A stretch of DNA of 39,748 nucleotides from Promethearchaeati archaeon. Its GTDB lineage: Archaea; Asgardarchaeota; Heimdallarchaeia; JABLTI01. Where the stretch lies: contig JABLTI010000036.1 in NCBI GenBank assembly GCA_013166835.1, positions 1 to 39,748 of the forward strand. Reading direction: 5' to 3'. Position 1 is the first letter of the stretch, and each line of letters opens with the position of its first letter. The translations under genes and the position numbers were made by a program. Shown here piece by piece: positions 9,663 to 18,591 of this stretch. The notes under the pieces were generated by a model. That model saw only the letters and a list, made by a program, of their open reading frames with translations, made no database searches and was not told where the DNA came from.

Positions 9663-10580
9663 ATGGCTGGTAAAGAAAAATCTTCAACAGTTTCAACCCA
9701 TGAAGTCTTTGATGAAACAATAGATTCAATTGAGGAAGAAGTCGTTTACACAGCTCTTAGTAGTCAAATAAGAAGAGATATTATTAGTTTCATACAAGCT
9801 AATGAAAAAGTTGGTTTTTTGGATTTAAATAAGAAATTTGATGTAAAGGTTGGTTCCCTTTATCACCAATTAAATTCTATGAAGGAATTATGGGATCAAG
9901 ATGAGAATAAAAAATACTTCTTGACTGATTTAGGGAAAGTTGCGTATAATTTATTGATCTTAAATAGAGATTTCATTGCTTCCTCCGACGTCAAGCTTGT
10001 TTTAGAAAGTGAAGAAGTGGATTCCTCCTTTTTCAAGAAAATCCTCAGAACAATTATTTCCCTGTTTCTTCCGAGAAGAATCTTTCGATATTTGGCTTCT
10101 GAAACTGCGAGAACATTATTTGAAGGTTTAATTATTATTGGAGCAATGCTTTACTTCTCTATCGATAGCCAAACTGTCTTAGTGGGATTTTATCCTTTGG
10201 AAGTGACGGATTGGTATTATTCATTAATTGGAGTTTTTGGTTTGTGGATTTTTCTATCATTAATTACCGTGGGTTTCAAAGCAATACTATACAAGCGAAA
10301 ATTCAATCCATTGAAACTTTTCTCTGTTATTCCTTTTGTTTTAGTTCCAAGTTTACTCGTATTATTCTTTATTTGGTTGCAGTCAAAAGTAACAGCTATT
10401 TTTCTTTTCTTTGATGGACAGATAATTAGTATTCTGAGCCAAGTTTGGATCTTGCCATTAATGACTACTGCAGTTAGTCAAACCGAAGAATTAACAATGA
10501 ATAGATCAAGTTTAATCGTCTTATTCACATTCTACTTTACATATGTTATTGCTTTTGTTCTCTATGGAATTACTGGATAA
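9663..10580 (+). CDS. ArsR-like winged-helix domain fused to a Yip1-like membrane domain
   Basis: ALSSQIRRDII..GSLYHQL..YFLTDLGK wHTH; LFLPRRIFRYL, FSVIPFVLVP, WILPLMTTAVSQTEELTMNRS match the Yip1 pattern. Confidence 0.65.
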   Translation: MAGKEKSSTVSTHEVFDETIDSIEEEVVYTALSSQIRRDIISFIQANEKVGFLDLNKKFDVKVGSLYHQLNSMKELWDQDENKKYFLTDLGKVAYNLLILNRDFIASSDVKLVLESEEVDSSFFKKILRTIISLFLPRRIFRYLASETARTLFEGLIIIGAMLYFSIDSQTVLVGFYPLEVTDWYYSLIGVFGLWIFLSLITVGFKAILYKRKFNPLKLFSVIPFVLVPSLLVLFFIWLQSKVTAIFLFFDGQIISILSQVWILPLMTTAVSQTEELTMNRSSLIVLFTFYFTYVIAFVLYGITG

Positions 10581-10591
10581 GAAAAATAGCC

Positions 10592-11293
10592 CTATTTTTT
10601 AGTGGTGGTTTTTTTCTTGGGAGTTGCTTTGGTTTTCGACGCGGCTGGGGTTGATTTCTTCTTTGTTGTTGTAGTTTTCTTTGGCGTCAATTTGCTTAAT
10701 GGTTGATCTGTAATTACTTGATAATACCATTGACCGTCATCATAACCCACCCATCGTCCTGGTAGGGTTCCTATATAGATTAAATCTTGAGTTAGATAGT
10801 AAGATTCGCCTTCTGTCAAACCAATTACTTCTTGAATCTCTACCAATGAAGCATGTGGTTTTCCATCTAAGAAATTTACTACTCTTTTTACTGCTTCCGG
10901 ATCCCAGCGTTCCATGATAGAAGTTTCGACCTCTACAACTTCTTCCGCACCCTTCTTCTTACCCCTTTTTTTCTTCTTTTTCACTGGCTCAGGTTCCGGT
11001 TCAGGTTCTTTGCTTTCTCCTTTCTTAATTTCATCTAAGAAATTATTTACAATCTCAGGATTTTCTAAATGTGATACTAAGTATGTTCCGGCATATTCTT
11101 TCATATTGAAATCAGCTGTAGACTCCATGAGCGTTTCTCGTTGCTTTTTTCTTGCTTCGGGAGTTATGACCAAGCGAATCATTTCTTCCTTTTCATCTAC
11201 GATCATTCCAACAGGTTTATCTTTTAATTCATCTGGTTCGCATTCTACGAGTTTTTTGCCGACTAAGGAATAGACTTTCAAACCTTTTTCCAT
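10592..11293 (-). CDS. Hypothetical protein: degenerate gelsolin-like N-domain, basic linker, winged helix, Lys/Thr-rich tail
   Basis: ATG start, modular 233-aa ORF; domain calls by pattern only. Confidence 0.5.
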   Translation of the reverse strand: MEKGLKVYSLVGKKLVECEPDELKDKPVGMIVDEKEEMIRLVITPEARKKQRETLMESTADFNMKEYAGTYLVSHLENPEIVNNFLDEIKKGESKEPEPEPEPVKKKKKRGKKKGAEEVVEVETSIMERWDPEAVKRVVNFLDGKPHASLVEIQEVIGLTEGESYYLTQDLIYIGTLPGRWVGYDDGQWYYQVITDQPLSKLTPKKTTTTKKKSTPAASKTKATPKKKTTTKK

Positions 11294-11415
11294 CCAAGTT
11301 TTTATTATAAAATAAATTAGTATGAAGAAATATTAGTGTTATTAATAGTACATATGAAGCACTTTTAATACTTTTATGGATAAAGGTATAATAGGAAAAA
11401 AACAGTGAAAAACTC

Positions 11416-11646
11416 ATGACTCCGGAATCAACCAAAAAAGAAGAAATACCTCAATTCAAAGAGGAGGATGTTACTCTTAAGGATCTAGGTATAGAACCTA
11501 GTTGTCCCCATTGTGGTAGTGAATACGTTTTTGGTATGAGTAGAATTGTAGGATACTTTTCTGTTATTGAAAGTTGGAATAAATCAAAACAGGCTGAATT
11601 GAAGCAAAGACAGAAAGGAAATTATTGGTCCGAAGAAGAAATATAA
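11416..11646 (+). CDS. Standalone NrdD C-terminal (Zn ribbon/glycyl-radical) mini-protein
   Basis: CPHCGS..MSRIVGYF..WNKSKQAELKQR matches the class III RNR C-terminus. Confidence 0.8.
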   Translation: MTPESTKKEEIPQFKEEDVTLKDLGIEPSCPHCGSEYVFGMSRIVGYFSVIESWNKSKQAELKQRQKGNYWSEEEI

Positions 11647-11743
11647 AAAACATTTTTTCTATAAAAATAGCTTTTTTTGTCAAAATGAAAAGTCTTAAAG
11701 GCAAATTGTCACTTATTTTACATAATTGTAAGGAGATTATCAG

Positions 11744-12040
11744 ATGATTTCGCAAAAGCAATTCCAATCTACACTTAAGAAACTCGCTGGATTCGAAGGC
11801 GTTAGAGGAGTAATTATTACCACAAAAGAGGGTTTACCAATATCCAGTGATATTGAAACAGATAAAACCGAATCTGTTTCCGCTCTTGTTTCTTCATTAG
11901 TAGGAAAAGCAACTCAAGCTGTAGAGCAGTTGAAAGAAGGCGATTTGAATTTCTTCACTATCGATACAACAAAAGGCGAAATTTTGGTTGCTCCTGAAAA
12001 TGAGTATATTCTCATTGTGTTAAAAGATAAACAAAAATAG
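11744..12040 (+). CDS. Roadblock/LC7 domain protein
   Basis: [41 protein letters not shown]; AGGAG SD. Confidence 0.92.
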   Translation: MISQKQFQSTLKKLAGFEGVRGVIITTKEGLPISSDIETDKTESVSALVSSLVGKATQAVEQLKEGDLNFFTIDTTKGEILVAPENEYILIVLKDKQK

Positions 12041-12120
12041 AACAAATTGAAGTTTGAGCATTCGGAAGCTTCACAGTTCTCTTCTTTTATAAAAAAAGAA
12101 AAAGGATAATTTTATGCGAT

Positions 12121-12612
12121 TTAGAATTTCTCAAGTTCTTTAAGAGCTTCTTCTAAATTGTCTTCCATTGATTCGTCTGCAGCACTGGCTGCTTCTTCAG
12201 CAGCAGATGTTGGGAATTGTATTTTCTCTGAAAGGAATTCGTTCAGAAGTTTTTCTATTTCAGAAGCCTCTCGCTTTAAAACAAGTCGAACTAATCCGAT
12301 ATTTACATCGTTATCAGTTATAACACAGAGGATTCCTTTACCACAACTCGCAGCGAAAATTTTGCCTTTACCAAATTCAGATGAGACAATATCTAGGTCC
12401 CCTAGATCCAGATTAACTCCTTGTTCTTCACTTGCTACGAAAACTGCACTGGCAATAGCACCTACTCCGTCTACGTCTATGGGAAAGTACGAGAATTTTG
12501 AGACATGAGCAATTGTCAATCCTGTCCTATCGACTAGGATAACTTTCCTGATGCCAGCTTCTGCTTTAATTATTTTACTAAGGACATTGTCAAAGGCTTT
12601 TACGTTTATCAA
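12121..12612 (-). CDS. Roadblock/LC7 (MglB-like) protein with an acidic C-terminal helix
   Basis: GIRKVILVDRTGLTIAH..GAIASAVF..VNIGLVRLVLK; TTG start after GAGGT. Confidence 0.9.
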   Translation of the reverse strand: MINVKAFDNVLSKIIKAEAGIRKVILVDRTGLTIAHVSKFSYFPIDVDGVGAIASAVFVASEEQGVNLDLGDLDIVSSEFGKGKIFAASCGKGILCVITDNDVNIGLVRLVLKREASEIEKLLNEFLSEKIQFPTSAAEEAASAADESMEDNLEEALKELEKF

Positions 12613-12832
12613 TTTCCTGACCTCGTGATCAGTTCTCTGAATTTAATTATAGACTATAAGTTCTTTCCTTACTAATATTTTTGCAATCGAGTTTAAAAAG
12701 ATTCATGTTTCTGTAATTTCTGTACAAAATATTTCCCAGTGTTTTCCACATTGGGTAGTTTTTTATTAAGATACGAAAATAGTTATCGCGTGATAACTAA
12801 AAACTATAATTTCATTTGGAGTTGCCATAATT

Positions 12833-13657
12833 TTGAGTAAAAGTAAGAAAGAGAAAGATGCTACTTCCATTATTGATGTTAGAACCATATGTAATATATG
12901 TAAAAAAGTGGATGTCTTTCAGATTCCAGTCAAAGAACTGTTACCACACATTGGTGGTTTGTACCAAGTATCTACAATTCATCACTGTAATGAGGATAAA
13001 GAAATGGTGATGACTATTGTTCTTGATCGTAATCATGCTGTTAGACAAACTACTGTATCACCTTTTGTCTCAGAAAGAGAAGTGGAAAAATGGTCTCCTG
13101 AAAAAGTTGCGGATATCAAATTTCTCGTTAAACAAATTCGAGATGCTGATAGGATTATTCATGCAGTTCTCGCAGGTAGAGTTGTTGTTATTGTTAGCTC
13201 AAATATGAGTTTCGTTAAACGTATTATTCAAACTTTGGAATTATTCTCACCGACAAAGTATCCGCAATCCATTGAGTGGACTACAAAAGTAGCTAAGGAT
13301 AAGAAAATTATAGGTACCACTCCAAAGATGGCCGAGGAGTATAAAGGCGCAGTTATCGCTAATTTAGATACGAATAAGATTTTGAATAGTAAACCATCTA
13401 ATTATGGTCGGGAATTCTTAGACGATCTTATAACGCTTGAACCAAAAGGAATGGCTTATGCTGCAAGATTAAAAATTGCTATGTTAGTAGAATTCGCTAA
13501 GATGATTATTGAATTGAGTAAGGAACCAGATATTGGTGCTAAAGCCATTGATTTAGTTAAAATGGACGTTAGCGCAGATGCTTTGGAACTTATTCTAGAT
13601 ATTGTCCATGGATTTGATCCTACAACAACGGAGATAATAAGAGAAAACTGGTTATGA
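12833..13657 (+). CDS. Hypothetical protein: N-terminal Zn-binding domain plus DENN-like domain
   Basis: CNICK..HHC; IIHAVLAGRVVVIVSSNMSFVKRIIQTLELFSP resembles the cDENN core. Confidence 0.5.
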   Translation: MSKSKKEKDATSIIDVRTICNICKKVDVFQIPVKELLPHIGGLYQVSTIHHCNEDKEMVMTIVLDRNHAVRQTTVSPFVSEREVEKWSPEKVADIKFLVKQIRDADRIIHAVLAGRVVVIVSSNMSFVKRIIQTLELFSPTKYPQSIEWTTKVAKDKKIIGTTPKMAEEYKGAVIANLDTNKILNSKPSNYGREFLDDLITLEPKGMAYAARLKIAMLVEFAKMIIELSKEPDIGAKAIDLVKMDVSADALELILDIVHGFDPTTTEIIRENWL

Positions 13658-13692
13658 TTTACTAAGCTATCCAAGTGGAATGTAATTATTAT

Positions 13693-14910
13693 TTACTTCA
13701 TTTTTTCCTTTATTATTTCCAAGATTATCTTGAGGTCTTCCGCTTCGTTATTTGTTGATGCTTGAGCTACTGTAAGCGAACCTCCTCCTTTATTTGAGGT
13801 TTTCTCACAAAATATCTTCACTACTTCATTTGCTGCTAATTGTTTTATTGATGAGACAACAACAATGATTGGTCCATTCACAACAAATATAGCCAACTGG
13901 TTTTCATCAAGCTTTCCCAATTCCTGCAGCACGAATTTCTTTTCTGCAAAATGAAAATCTTCTTTGAAAACTTTAATTCCCTCAATTCTTAGGGGGTTTT
14001 CCTTAACATTGATCATTAGTTGCTTTAGTAAAATCTTGTTTAATTGACTGTTTATCTCTTTTAATTCTTTTAAATCATTAATTACCTTAGGTATTCTATT
14101 TACAACTTCACCAGGTTTTGATGCTAATAGTTTAGAAGCTCCAATTACACCTAAACTTAAAGAAGTCATTCTTTCTAAAGCTGTGTCGCCGAATGTATAA
14201 CTTATAATATCTTCCTTAAAATCATCCAAAAACAAAATACCTATTTCTTGGGTGTTTTGACAATGGGTACCGCCACATAGGGAATTATCTAGAGTCTCTA
14301 TTGATATTATTCTAACTTTAGCATGTTCTACTTTGTCTAGCTCTCCTCTCAAACTTCTTTTTATGTTTTCAGGAATTTCGTTTTTCTTAAAAAACATCGA
14401 ATCTACTTTCATACCTGCTAGTAGATGATTATTTGCTAGAATCAATGCTCTTGAGAGTTCTATTTCTGTTATTTTTCGCTCTAAATATACTGTAATTATT
14501 TTTTCATCAATTACAGCTTTTACTGTCTTGATTCTGAAATTATCTTCAATTACAGCTGAAAGAACGTGTTGAGAAGTATGAGCTCGCATCAAATTACTTC
14601 GTCGTTCCTGATCTATTTTGCCAATAACTTTTAGGCCTTCTTTATAATTAGATGGAATTTTGCCTGAGATGTAATGAATTACTCTTCCATTAAGTTTCTC
14701 AACAAATTTTACCTTTAGCTTACTTTTCTTATCTTTTTCTAATACTAGGTGTCCAGTATCAGATAATTGCCCACCACTCTCTGGATAAAAAGAAGTCTTG
14801 TTAAGAATAATTCCCTTATCTTTTATTTCTTGAATAATTGCTTCAAATTCGAGTAAATTTTGGTTGATCCAAAACAGCAATTCAGTGTGGTTATCAGTTG
14901 AATTAGACAT
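13693..14910 (-). CDS. alaX: AlaX-family alanyl-tRNA editing protein with C-terminal DHHA1 domain
   Basis: TSFYPESGGQLSDTG, HTSQH, LCGGTHC, KGGGS..AQ. Confidence 0.88.
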   Translation of the reverse strand: MSNSTDNHTELLFWINQNLLEFEAIIQEIKDKGIILNKTSFYPESGGQLSDTGHLVLEKDKKSKLKVKFVEKLNGRVIHYISGKIPSNYKEGLKVIGKIDQERRSNLMRAHTSQHVLSAVIEDNFRIKTVKAVIDEKIITVYLERKITEIELSRALILANNHLLAGMKVDSMFFKKNEIPENIKRSLRGELDKVEHAKVRIISIETLDNSLCGGTHCQNTQEIGILFLDDFKEDIISYTFGDTALERMTSLSLGVIGASKLLASKPGEVVNRIPKVINDLKELKEINSQLNKILLKQLMINVKENPLRIEGIKVFKEDFHFAEKKFVLQELGKLDENQLAIFVVNGPIIVVVSSIKQLAANEVVKIFCEKTSNKGGGSLTVAQASTNNEAEDLKIILEIIKEKMK

Positions 14911-14967
14911 TTTCTTCAAATAAATAAGAAGCTAATCTCTACTTAACAATTACGAGTTTACATGCAA

Positions 14968-17238
14968 TTATAATGAAGCAGAGATAATTCCTATGAGAAC
15001 AACAAAATCCTTGATTGGTAATTCATCAACCTTTTTCCCTTGAGATACTTTTACACTTTGTGTTTTACAGAAAGCAGAGAAATTGTACAAATCCTTCGTT
15101 AGTTGTTGAACTTCACCCTTCAATGTATCAATAACAGCATTAAAAATCTCTGCAGATTTCTTTGAATACTTTTCAGCATCACTAAACAGTTTTTCTGCTT
15201 TTGCTCTTTCTTTTATATTCGCGAATTCCTGAGCTTGAACTATTGCTTGACATGATTTATAGAAGAGCATCGCTCCCTTTGTATGGTAAAACTTCTTTTC
15301 TATATATTGCCAATTTATTATGTCTTCAGAAGCTAATGGATGTTTTTCTTTGTGTTTAATTATTGCGTCATAATGAGAGGTTAATCTTTCCCAAATAGAT
15401 ATCATTGAATCAAACATAGCTCCATGATTTTCGATAATTAAGGATGCTATTTCTACTGGTACTTTACTGAGATCCATGGTTCCTAGAATATCCGGAAGGG
15501 TGCGTAATAAATATCTAGCAAAGAAGTACTGATTGCCAGTTTGAAGTATTGATGCTTCTTTCAAGTGGCTTTGCACGAATGTTTTACTGAACTCCTCATT
15601 TACAAAAGAGTGTAGTTCTTTTAACACATCGCCCTTTTCTAAGTTATCAAATGATTCTTTCGCCCCAATAAAACTCTTAACCAATAAACAAAGTGCTTTT
15701 GTGGAATTCTTTTCCTTAAATCCCTTAAGTCTATGAGCTTCACTATTTACAATATTTAGTAATGCCTTGCTTTTGGAAATCAGAATTTCCCTATCTTTGA
15801 CAAATGATGGCATTAGAAGAATTGAAATTAGTATGTCTTGCAGTTTTACGGTTTCAGACTCACAAAAAGCATTCTTTATCTCAAAATCCTTTTGATCATC
15901 TTCCCAAGGTAGTTGAAGAAAAGCTCTGCTAATATTATCTATTCTCCCTTTGAAGATTACACCTAGTCTTCGGAATCCTTTCTTGATTTCATCTTTAATT
16001 CGTTTTATTGATAATTTCTCGTGTTCTGCAAGTATCTTCAAGTTCTCCAGAACAAATCCAACTGTATTTAGAAATTCTGATTGATTATAGAATTCTATAT
16101 TGGCCAAGGGAGCCTCAGAAAGAGATGTTAAACTAGTTATTCTTGCTTGTAATTCCTTAGCAGGAAGTTTCTGAGAAGATATTTCGATAATAGAGCATGA
16201 TAATGCTACTAGTGTTGTGAAAACCTCTGTAAATTCAATATTTGCTTCAATTTGATCAACTAGATCATGGGATACAACCGATTCTACCGGTAGTTGATTC
16301 ATTTCTTTTAGGCTTTCATTGAATTCTTTATTTGCAATCATAAAATAGTCATAAGCTTGTTGATGATTATCTCGCATAAGAGAGTTTATTGCTAACTCAA
16401 GGTAATATGAGCCTGTAGCTAGTTTTGCTTGTCCCCTACAAAGTGCAATCTCAAAATCAATCGTCAATAATAAGCTAGGATCAAGAGGATTTTTTGTTAA
16501 TATTTCTCGTGCTTCTGTAAAGTGTCTATCTGCTCGAGTATAAATGAAGAATTTGAGAAGCTGATCATCAAACCAGAAGTTCTCTTTGGCAATTTCAAGA
16601 ACTTTCGAATAACTATCCTTGTATAAAGTACCTTTGTATCGTAAATTTTTGATTTTTCGTTCTAGAATTATTTCTTTATGTTTTTCTTTCTTTGATTTGA
16701 TAGATTCCAGACTACCATGTAAATATGATTCAAAATTAATTTTCCCAATAGAGGACATCATTTTCAGATATTCTTCATCAATAAGTAGTTCTTTTCCTAG
16801 ACTAAACAAAATAATCTCTGAAAGTTCATGTGTTTGTTGTGCATAGTCATTGAAGATAGAAGTGTCTTTCGTTGTTTTGAAAACTCCTTCTAAAACTGTT
16901 TCATAGTAGAGAAGTGAGAGAACTCGAGCAAAAAACTCTAGAAGAATGGATTGATCTCTTGAGCGAGTAACAACCTCTAATGCTTTGGGATTACTTTTTA
17001 GGGATTTAATATTGTCAGTTAAGGTTTCTTGATACTCGTATCGTTCAAGTCGAGAAGCTGTTGCTATTTGGTTTAAAGCCATAGCACAACTCTTTGCAAA
17101 ATCAGGCCATGAATCACAAATATCTTCAATTTTTGTACTATTCACTGCAGAGAAAAGTTCTTTTCGTTGCGCATCAAAATTAATTAGTCTATCAAATAAT
17201 TGTTCCTTTAGAACATCAAATAGTTCTGCTTTTGTCAT
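14968..17238 (-). CDS. Large all-helical (alpha-solenoid-like) hypothetical protein
   Basis: 756-aa ORF with amphipathic helical composition and no catalytic motif. Confidence 0.6.
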   Translation of the reverse strand: MTKAELFDVLKEQLFDRLINFDAQRKELFSAVNSTKIEDICDSWPDFAKSCAMALNQIATASRLERYEYQETLTDNIKSLKSNPKALEVVTRSRDQSILLEFFARVLSLLYYETVLEGVFKTTKDTSIFNDYAQQTHELSEIILFSLGKELLIDEEYLKMMSSIGKINFESYLHGSLESIKSKKEKHKEIILERKIKNLRYKGTLYKDSYSKVLEIAKENFWFDDQLLKFFIYTRADRHFTEAREILTKNPLDPSLLLTIDFEIALCRGQAKLATGSYYLELAINSLMRDNHQQAYDYFMIANKEFNESLKEMNQLPVESVVSHDLVDQIEANIEFTEVFTTLVALSCSIIEISSQKLPAKELQARITSLTSLSEAPLANIEFYNQSEFLNTVGFVLENLKILAEHEKLSIKRIKDEIKKGFRRLGVIFKGRIDNISRAFLQLPWEDDQKDFEIKNAFCESETVKLQDILISILLMPSFVKDREILISKSKALLNIVNSEAHRLKGFKEKNSTKALCLLVKSFIGAKESFDNLEKGDVLKELHSFVNEEFSKTFVQSHLKEASILQTGNQYFFARYLLRTLPDILGTMDLSKVPVEIASLIIENHGAMFDSMISIWERLTSHYDAIIKHKEKHPLASEDIINWQYIEKKFYHTKGAMLFYKSCQAIVQAQEFANIKERAKAEKLFSDAEKYSKKSAEIFNAVIDTLKGEVQQLTKDLYNFSAFCKTQSVKVSQGKKVDELPIKDFVVLIGIISASL

Positions 17239-17355
17239 GAATTAATCTCCGGCCAATACTAAACCCATGAATTCTACACGAGAATATTGAATAATTATCG
17301 CATACTTAAATTAAATTGTTCCTCAAGAGGCAAAACAAGGTAGAATTATTGGAAA

Positions 17356-17544
17356 TTAGTATCTGTCTTGTGGGATAATTTTCCTCTCTTTGAACAGAAT
17401 TATTTCTCCACAATTAGGGCAACTAAAATATATTCGCGGATACTGGTAAGAGTAAACCTTTAGTTTGACTAGATTTCCACAGATGTGACAAAAACGAAGT
17501 TTCTTCAGTTCCTCATCTGCGGCTCGTTTCATTTCGGTAGACAT
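17356..17544 (-). CDS. Small Zn-ribbon protein, Rpo12/RpoP-like
   Basis: CHICG..CPNCGEIILFKER resembles the RpoP CPxCGxrILxKxR motif. Confidence 0.55.
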   Translation of the reverse strand: MSTEMKRAADEELKKLRFCHICGNLVKLKVYSYQYPRIYFSCPNCGEIILFKERKIIPQDRY

Positions 17545-17694
17545 TGTACTTCACTATTCCTTGTACCTAAGGAATTACACTTTATATTTCCGAGTATTTT
17601 AAAAGACACTTGTCCCAGAGAGATAAACGAAAGTATCTAATTGATTCAATGCTGTCATACCAATAAACAGAGAAGGCAAGTTTTTGCTAAAAAA

Positions 17695-18438
17695 TTACTC
17701 AGGGGGTGTTTCTTTATGTCTGAACTCCCTCTTTCCATCAGTTGAAACTCTCCAAGTTGCTGATGCTGATTGTCTCCTCAAAGCCTGTAACGCCCGAATG
17801 AATATCATCGCAAACATTGCCAAAAATATGATTGGTAGTTTTACTTGCATAAACCAAGGTGTCCATGGAAACCTAAATTCTGGCATATGACTCCAGGGAG
17901 GATTTATTTGTATAAACATGATCAGAATGATTTCAAGAATAATTATTACTAATGTACCAATTCTAACATTTGCTTTAAAGAGTAACATCGCTGCTATTAT
18001 TCCAACAGCATAAAAAACCAAGAGTATTGGATTAAGATACCAGGAAACACCTAAAAAGACTCCAAGTCCTTGCCCTCCCTCGAATTTTAAAAATATAGAA
18101 TAATTGTGTCCAGCAATACAGCAGACAGGTCCTAGAATACTGGCAAGAGTATGCCAGATATTAGCTCCATCTGGAGCAATGAAGAAATCAAGAGCAAAGA
18201 GCTGATCAATTAATAATATTGTAGTTGTACCTTTTAGAAAATCAAGAAATATTATTGGTAAGCCAATTTTCATGCCATAGGTTACTGCAGCATTCATTCC
18301 ACCAGGATTTTTAACACCATGTTTTCTAAGGTCAACTCCTGTTGCTAATGTTCCTATCCAAACAGAAAACGGTAATGATCCCAGTAAATAACCTACTAAA
18401 CATGCGAGAATTACACACAAGATATAGATAGCAAGCAT
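17695..18438 (-). CDS. plsY: Glycerol-3-phosphate acyltransferase PlsY family (divergent)
   Basis: GYLLGSLP, DLRKHG..NPGGMN, DFLKG, GHNYSIFLKFEGGQG; alternative TTG start at 18447. Confidence 0.85.
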   Translation of the reverse strand: MLAIYILCVILACLVGYLLGSLPFSVWIGTLATGVDLRKHGVKNPGGMNAAVTYGMKIGLPIIFLDFLKGTTTILLIDQLFALDFFIAPDGANIWHTLASILGPVCCIAGHNYSIFLKFEGGQGLGVFLGVSWYLNPILLVFYAVGIIAAMLLFKANVRIGTLVIIILEIILIMFIQINPPWSHMPEFRFPWTPWFMQVKLPIIFLAMFAMIFIRALQALRRQSASATWRVSTDGKREFRHKETPPE

Positions 18439-18591
18439 TTTAATCAAATCGTTGGAAATTGATTGATAATATATAATAAAATATAATTTTCTTTGTTATA
18501 TTTTTTGTTTAATTATTAAGTGAAAATGAAAAAATCATTGAAAAAAAGAACAAAAAGGTAAGTGTGAGTTATGTTGATATTCATAAAACCA

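Noticed and set aside
17545-17690. Short hairpins (TTCCTT..AAGGAA; AGAT..GAAA..ATCT) as an sRNA
   Set aside because: Weak AT-rich stems, expected by chance; no C/D or H/ACA box arrangement
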